Source: Deferribacteraceae bacterium UBA1873 (GTDB lineage Bacteria > Chrysiogenota > Deferribacteres > Deferribacterales > Flexistipitaceae). From it: a DNA stretch of 62,638 nucleotides. Below are positions 59,035-62,638 of the stretch, piece after piece. A program made the position numbers and the translations under genes. Position 1 is the first letter of the stretch; each line of letters opens with the position of its first letter. The stretch spans positions 22,737-85,374 of the forward strand of contig DDHP01000079.1 of assembly GCA_002338145.1 (NCBI GenBank), read 5' to 3'. The notes beneath the pieces were generated by a model that worked only from the letters and a program-made list of their open reading frames with translations, ran no database searches and was not told where the DNA came from.

Positions 59035-62000
59035 TTATTTTTGCATTTCTTTATAGTATTCCTGTAATGACTTGGCAGTTAACCCTTGATTTCTATAAGC
59101 CTCAATTCCGCTTACTGATGCAATTGCTGCTTCTATAGTTGTAACATATGGAATATTATAACTTAGAATTGCTCTCCTTATGGAATGGGAATCTAGTCTT
59201 GATTTTTTCCCTTCCGGAACATTAATGACAAAATCAATATTTCCGTTTTTTACTAAGTCCACAATATTAGGTCTTCCTTCCTGCACTTTTTGGACAAATT
59301 CCACATCAATCCCCTTTTCAGTTAAAAAATGATATGTTCCTTTCGTTGCCACTATAGTAAAACCAAGGTTTTTTAATTTTTTTGCTATAGGAACTATCAT
59401 CTCTTTGACTGCATCTTTTATACTTATAAAAACTGTGCCGGATTTTGGTAAAACATTACCTGCAGCCAACTGGGATTTATAAAAAGCTTTGCCAAATGTC
59501 GTATCAATGCCCATCACTTCCCCTGTGGATTTCATTTCCGGTCCCAGAATAGGATCTGTATTGGGAAATTTTACGAAAGGAAATACAGATTCCTTTACAG
59601 TGTAAAAATTGTTTTTCTTTACATCCGTTATCCCCAAATCTTTAAGTTTGTAACCCGTCATTACCTTCGCAGCAATTTTAGCCAGTGGTATACCTATGGA
59701 TTTGCTAACATAAGGAATTGTTCTGGAAGCTCTTGGGTTAACTTCTATTAAAAAAATCTCATTATCTTTTATAGCATATTGTATGTTCATTAATCCAATG
59801 ACATTCAGTTCTTTAGCCAACTTCTTTGTCTGGACAATAAGCTCGTCCTCCAGTTTTTTGGAAATACTTCTTGGTGGTATAGAACAAGCCGAGTCACCGG
59901 AATGAATGCCAGCTTCTTCAATATGCTGCATGATTCCTGCTACTACAGTATTTTCTCCATCACTGACAGCATCCACATCTATCTCAACGGCATTTTCAAG
60001 AAATTTGTCAATTAAAACCGGATGTTTTTCACTAGCTTCCACAGCATGTTTCATATAGTTTTCAAGAGAATCTTCATCATATACTATTTCCATTGCTCTC
60101 CCACCAAGAACGTATGAAGGCCTCACCACAACGGGATAGCCTATTTTTCCGGCTATTTTAAAAGCTTCATAGTAATTCATGGCTATATCATTTGGCGGCT
60201 GTTTTAATTTCAGTTTGTTTATCATATTCTTGAATCTTTCTCTGTCTTCGGCCATATCTATGCTGTCTGGGGATGTACCTAATATTTTTACACCATAGTT
60301 TTCCAGGCTGCCGGCCAATTTCAATGGAGTTTGTCCGCCAAACTGTACGATTACACCGTCAGGTTTTTCTTTTTTTATGATATTCAGCACGTGTTCTTTA
60401 GTAAGAGGTTCAAAATAAAGTCTGTCCGATGTGTCATAATCTGTACTTACCGTTTCAGGGTTACAGTTAACCATGATTGTTTCATACCCTATCTCCGAAA
60501 GAGCAAAACATGCATGTACACAGCAATAGTCAAATTCAATGCCCTGCCCTATTCTGTTGGGACCGCCACCGAGAATGATAACCTTTTTGCAGGATGTTAC
60601 ATTTGACTCACATTCTTTTTCATAAGTGGAATACAAATATGGCGTGTATGATTCAAACTCTGCAGCGCACGTATCTACTCTTTTGAATACTGCTTTTGTG
60701 TTATGTTCATCAAGGATTTTTTCTACATCACTTTCTGTTACATCAAGCAATATAGCTAACCTGGCATTGGAAAAGCCCATTTCTTTAGCTTTCTTCAGGG
60801 TTTCGTAGTCCTTGTTTTTACTGGTTTTTAACATATTTTCAAAGTCTATGATTTCTTTTATATTATCCAAAAACCAGGGATCTATGTGTGAAAAACTGTA
60901 AATCTCAGCTATACTAAATCCAGCTCTGAAAGCCTCCCCCAGATACCATATTCGTTTATCCGTAGGTTTCTTTAAGTAATAGATAATTTCATCTTTTACT
61001 TTTTCTTCATTTAAATCTTTATTATTAAAAATTTCATCAAAACCTGATTTTCCTATTTCCAGAGAGTTAATAGCTTTTTGCAGAGCTTCTTTAAAAGTTC
61101 TGCCAATTGCCATTACCTCACCCACTGATTTCATTTGTGTTGTTAAGATACTGTTACTACCCGGAAATTTTTCAAAAGTAAATCTTGGATATTTCACTAC
61201 ACAGTAATCAATTGTAGGTTCAAAGGAAGCTGGAGTTTTTTTTGTAATGTCATTTGGTATTTCATCTAATGTGTATCCCACCGCCAGCTTTGCAGCTATT
61301 TTTGCAATGGGAAATCCTGTAGCCTTGGATGCCAATGCGGAGCTTCGGGAAACTCTGGGATTCATTTCAATAATTACCTGTCTTCCGGTTTTAGGATTCA
61401 CAGCAAACTGCACATTCGAACCCCCAGTATCCACACCAATCTCCCTGATTACATTGATAGCAGCGTTTCTCATTTCCTGATATTCTTTATCTGTCAAGGT
61501 CTGCGCAGGTGCGACAGTTATGCTGTCACCTGTATGCACACCCATTGCATCAAAGTTTTCAATCGAACAGATTATTACAACGTTATCATTAAGGTCTCTC
61601 ATTACCTCCAATTCAAATTCTTTCCAACCAATAATTGATTCTTCCACAAGGACTTCATGTACGGGAGATGCTTCAAGTGCCCATATTATATAATCTTTAT
61701 ATTCTTCAATATTATATGCTACATTGCCCCCTGTTCCTCCAAGGGTGAAAGAAGGTCTTATAATTACCGGAAATCCTATCTCATCAATAGCATCCATTGC
61801 TGCCTGATAAGATTTGATATATGCACTTTTGGGCATAGCCAAACCAATTTTTTTCATTGCATCTTTAAATAACTCTCTATCCTCTGCTTTATTTATTGCA
61901 TCTATTTTTGCTCCAATAAGTTCAACTGAATATTTTTCAAGGATGCCATGCCTGTCCAAATCTAAAGCTACATTAAGTGCTGTTTGCCCTCCAACTGTGG

Positions 62001-62262
62001 GAAGAAGAGCATCCGGCCTTTCTTTTGCTATAATATTTTCAAGCGATTCTGTGTTTAATGGTTCGATATAAGTGGCATCTGCCAATTCAGGATCTGTCAT
62101 GATTGTTGCGGGGTTTGAGTTAACCAAGACAATCTCGTAATTCTCTTCTTTTAAAGCTTTTAAAGCCTGAGTTCCTGAATAATCAAATTCACATGCCTGA
62201 CCTATGACTATAGGCCCTGATCCTATAATAATTATCTTTTTTATGTCAGTCCTTTTTGGCAT
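59035..62262 (-). CDS. carB: Carbamoyl-phosphate synthase large subunit
   Basis: [26 protein letters not shown], duplicated ATP-grasp domains ([18 protein letters not shown]), MGS-like C-terminus; GGAGG RBS. Confidence 0.98.
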   Translation of the reverse strand: MPKRTDIKKIIIIGSGPIVIGQACEFDYSGTQALKALKEENYEIVLVNSNPATIMTDPELADATYIEPLNTESLENIIAKERPDALLPTVGGQTALNVALDLDRHGILEKYSVELIGAKIDAINKAEDRELFKDAMKKIGLAMPKSAYIKSYQAAMDAIDEIGFPVIIRPSFTLGGTGGNVAYNIEEYKDYIIWALEASPVHEVLVEESIIGWKEFELEVMRDLNDNVVIICSIENFDAMGVHTGDSITVAPAQTLTDKEYQEMRNAAINVIREIGVDTGGSNVQFAVNPKTGRQVIIEMNPRVSRSSALASKATGFPIAKIAAKLAVGYTLDEIPNDITKKTPASFEPTIDYCVVKYPRFTFEKFPGSNSILTTQMKSVGEVMAIGRTFKEALQKAINSLEIGKSGFDEIFNNKDLNEEKVKDEIIYYLKKPTDKRIWYLGEAFRAGFSIAEIYSFSHIDPWFLDNIKEIIDFENMLKTSKNKDYETLKKAKEMGFSNARLAILLDVTESDVEKILDEHNTKAVFKRVDTCAAEFESYTPYLYSTYEKECESNVTSCKKVIILGGGPNRIGQGIEFDYCCVHACFALSEIGYETIMVNCNPETVSTDYDTSDRLYFEPLTKEHVLNIIKKEKPDGVIVQFGGQTPLKLAGSLENYGVKILGTSPDSIDMAEDRERFKNMINKLKLKQPPNDIAMNYYEAFKIAGKIGYPVVVRPSYVLGGRAMEIVYDEDSLENYMKHAVEASEKHPVLIDKFLENAVEIDVDAVSDGENTVVAGIMQHIEEAGIHSGDSACSIPPRSISKKLEDELIVQTKKLAKELNVIGLMNIQYAIKDNEIFLIEVNPRASRTIPYVSKSIGIPLAKIAAKVMTGYKLKDLGITDVKKNNFYTVKESVFPFVKFPNTDPILGPEMKSTGEVMGIDTTFGKAFYKSQLAAGNVLPKSGTVFISIKDAVKEMIVPIAKKLKNLGFTIVATKGTYHFLTEKGIDVEFVQKVQEGRPNIVDLVKNGNIDFVINVPEGKKSRLDSHSIRRAILSYNIPYVTTIEAAIASVSGIEAYRNQGLTAKSLQEYYKEMQK

Positions 62263-62551
62263 TAATTCCTCCTGATATAATAGAACTTTTACAATATTTT
62301 AATAAAAATGTCGATAGCATAAAATTGTAATGTCTATACCAGAACATCTTATAAATGACAAGTTTTCAAGCGTGTCTGGCATCACTCATTTCTCATATAA
62401 AGATTTTTTTCTTTTCTATAAAAGAGCCCTATTGTCAAAAACGGTGTTAAACTCCCCAAAATAAACGGTTGGAAATTCCCCACTAAAATGAAAACCTCAC
62501 CCTTAAAAATTTAAAGAAGAGTATTTATAATCAAAAAAATGAAAAAAAATG

Positions 62552-62638
62552 GAGACCTTTGCATAACCCCATAACTGTCACCCTGAACTTGTTTCAGGGT
62601 CTCATAACTTACTGATATAATTAGATGCTGAAATAAAT
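62552..62638 (+). mobile_element. IS5-like terminal repeat followed by a REP dimer, truncated by the window end
   Basis: GAGACCTTTGCATAA (62552-62566), then TGTCACCCTGAACTTGTTTCAGGGTCTC (62576-62603), then the start of an inverted unit AGATGCTGAAATAAAT (62623-62638). Confidence 0.65.

Noticed and set aside
1-62638. Prophage, defence island, rRNA or tRNA genes
   Set aside because: I recognised no integrase, phage structural, restriction, toxin-antitoxin or structural RNA signatures; the content is housekeeping.

Overview
This is an AT-rich (roughly one-third G+C by eye), gene-dense stretch of a bacterial core chromosome. Gene content and synteny resemble Deferribacterota (Flexistipes/Deferribacter-like); that assignment is inference, not a database result. 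About 60 CDSs are present, nearly all on the + strand in long overlapping operons. In order: an orphan ATP-grasp ligase, znuACB-trmL, prmA-phosphoesterase-rsmE-tadA, a Dsb protein, accA-mutL-miaA-hfq, GGDEF/ftsB/xseA/greA/PilR-like regulator, pgsA-plsY-ribDEBAH-nusB, yhaM, uraA-upp, asd, hldD, a four-gene polyamine operon with two pyruvoyl decarboxylases, HU, a paaK-ACT-LIV-type ABC-paaK-HD cluster, HD-GYP (minus), S2P-trpS-scpAB-rluB-queDE-TPR-ExeA ATPase-ntrYX, and carB-pyrK-pyrD (minus). I found no rRNA, tRNA, CRISPR array or transposase gene. The most notable non-coding signal is a family of GTCA...TCTC palindromic REP-like repeats at 1-122, 334-390, 34791-34837, 57037-57126 and 62576-62638. 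Some sit inside IS5-like terminal inverted repeats (a 70-bp MITE at 5238-5307 and a related end at 62552). The most notable coding signals are an SgmX-like TPR/acidic-linker protein beside an ExeA-type ATPase, the PLP-independent polyamine operon, and the twin aryl-CoA ligase/transporter cluster. The window begins and ends inside repeat copies, consistent with an assembly contig broken at repeats.
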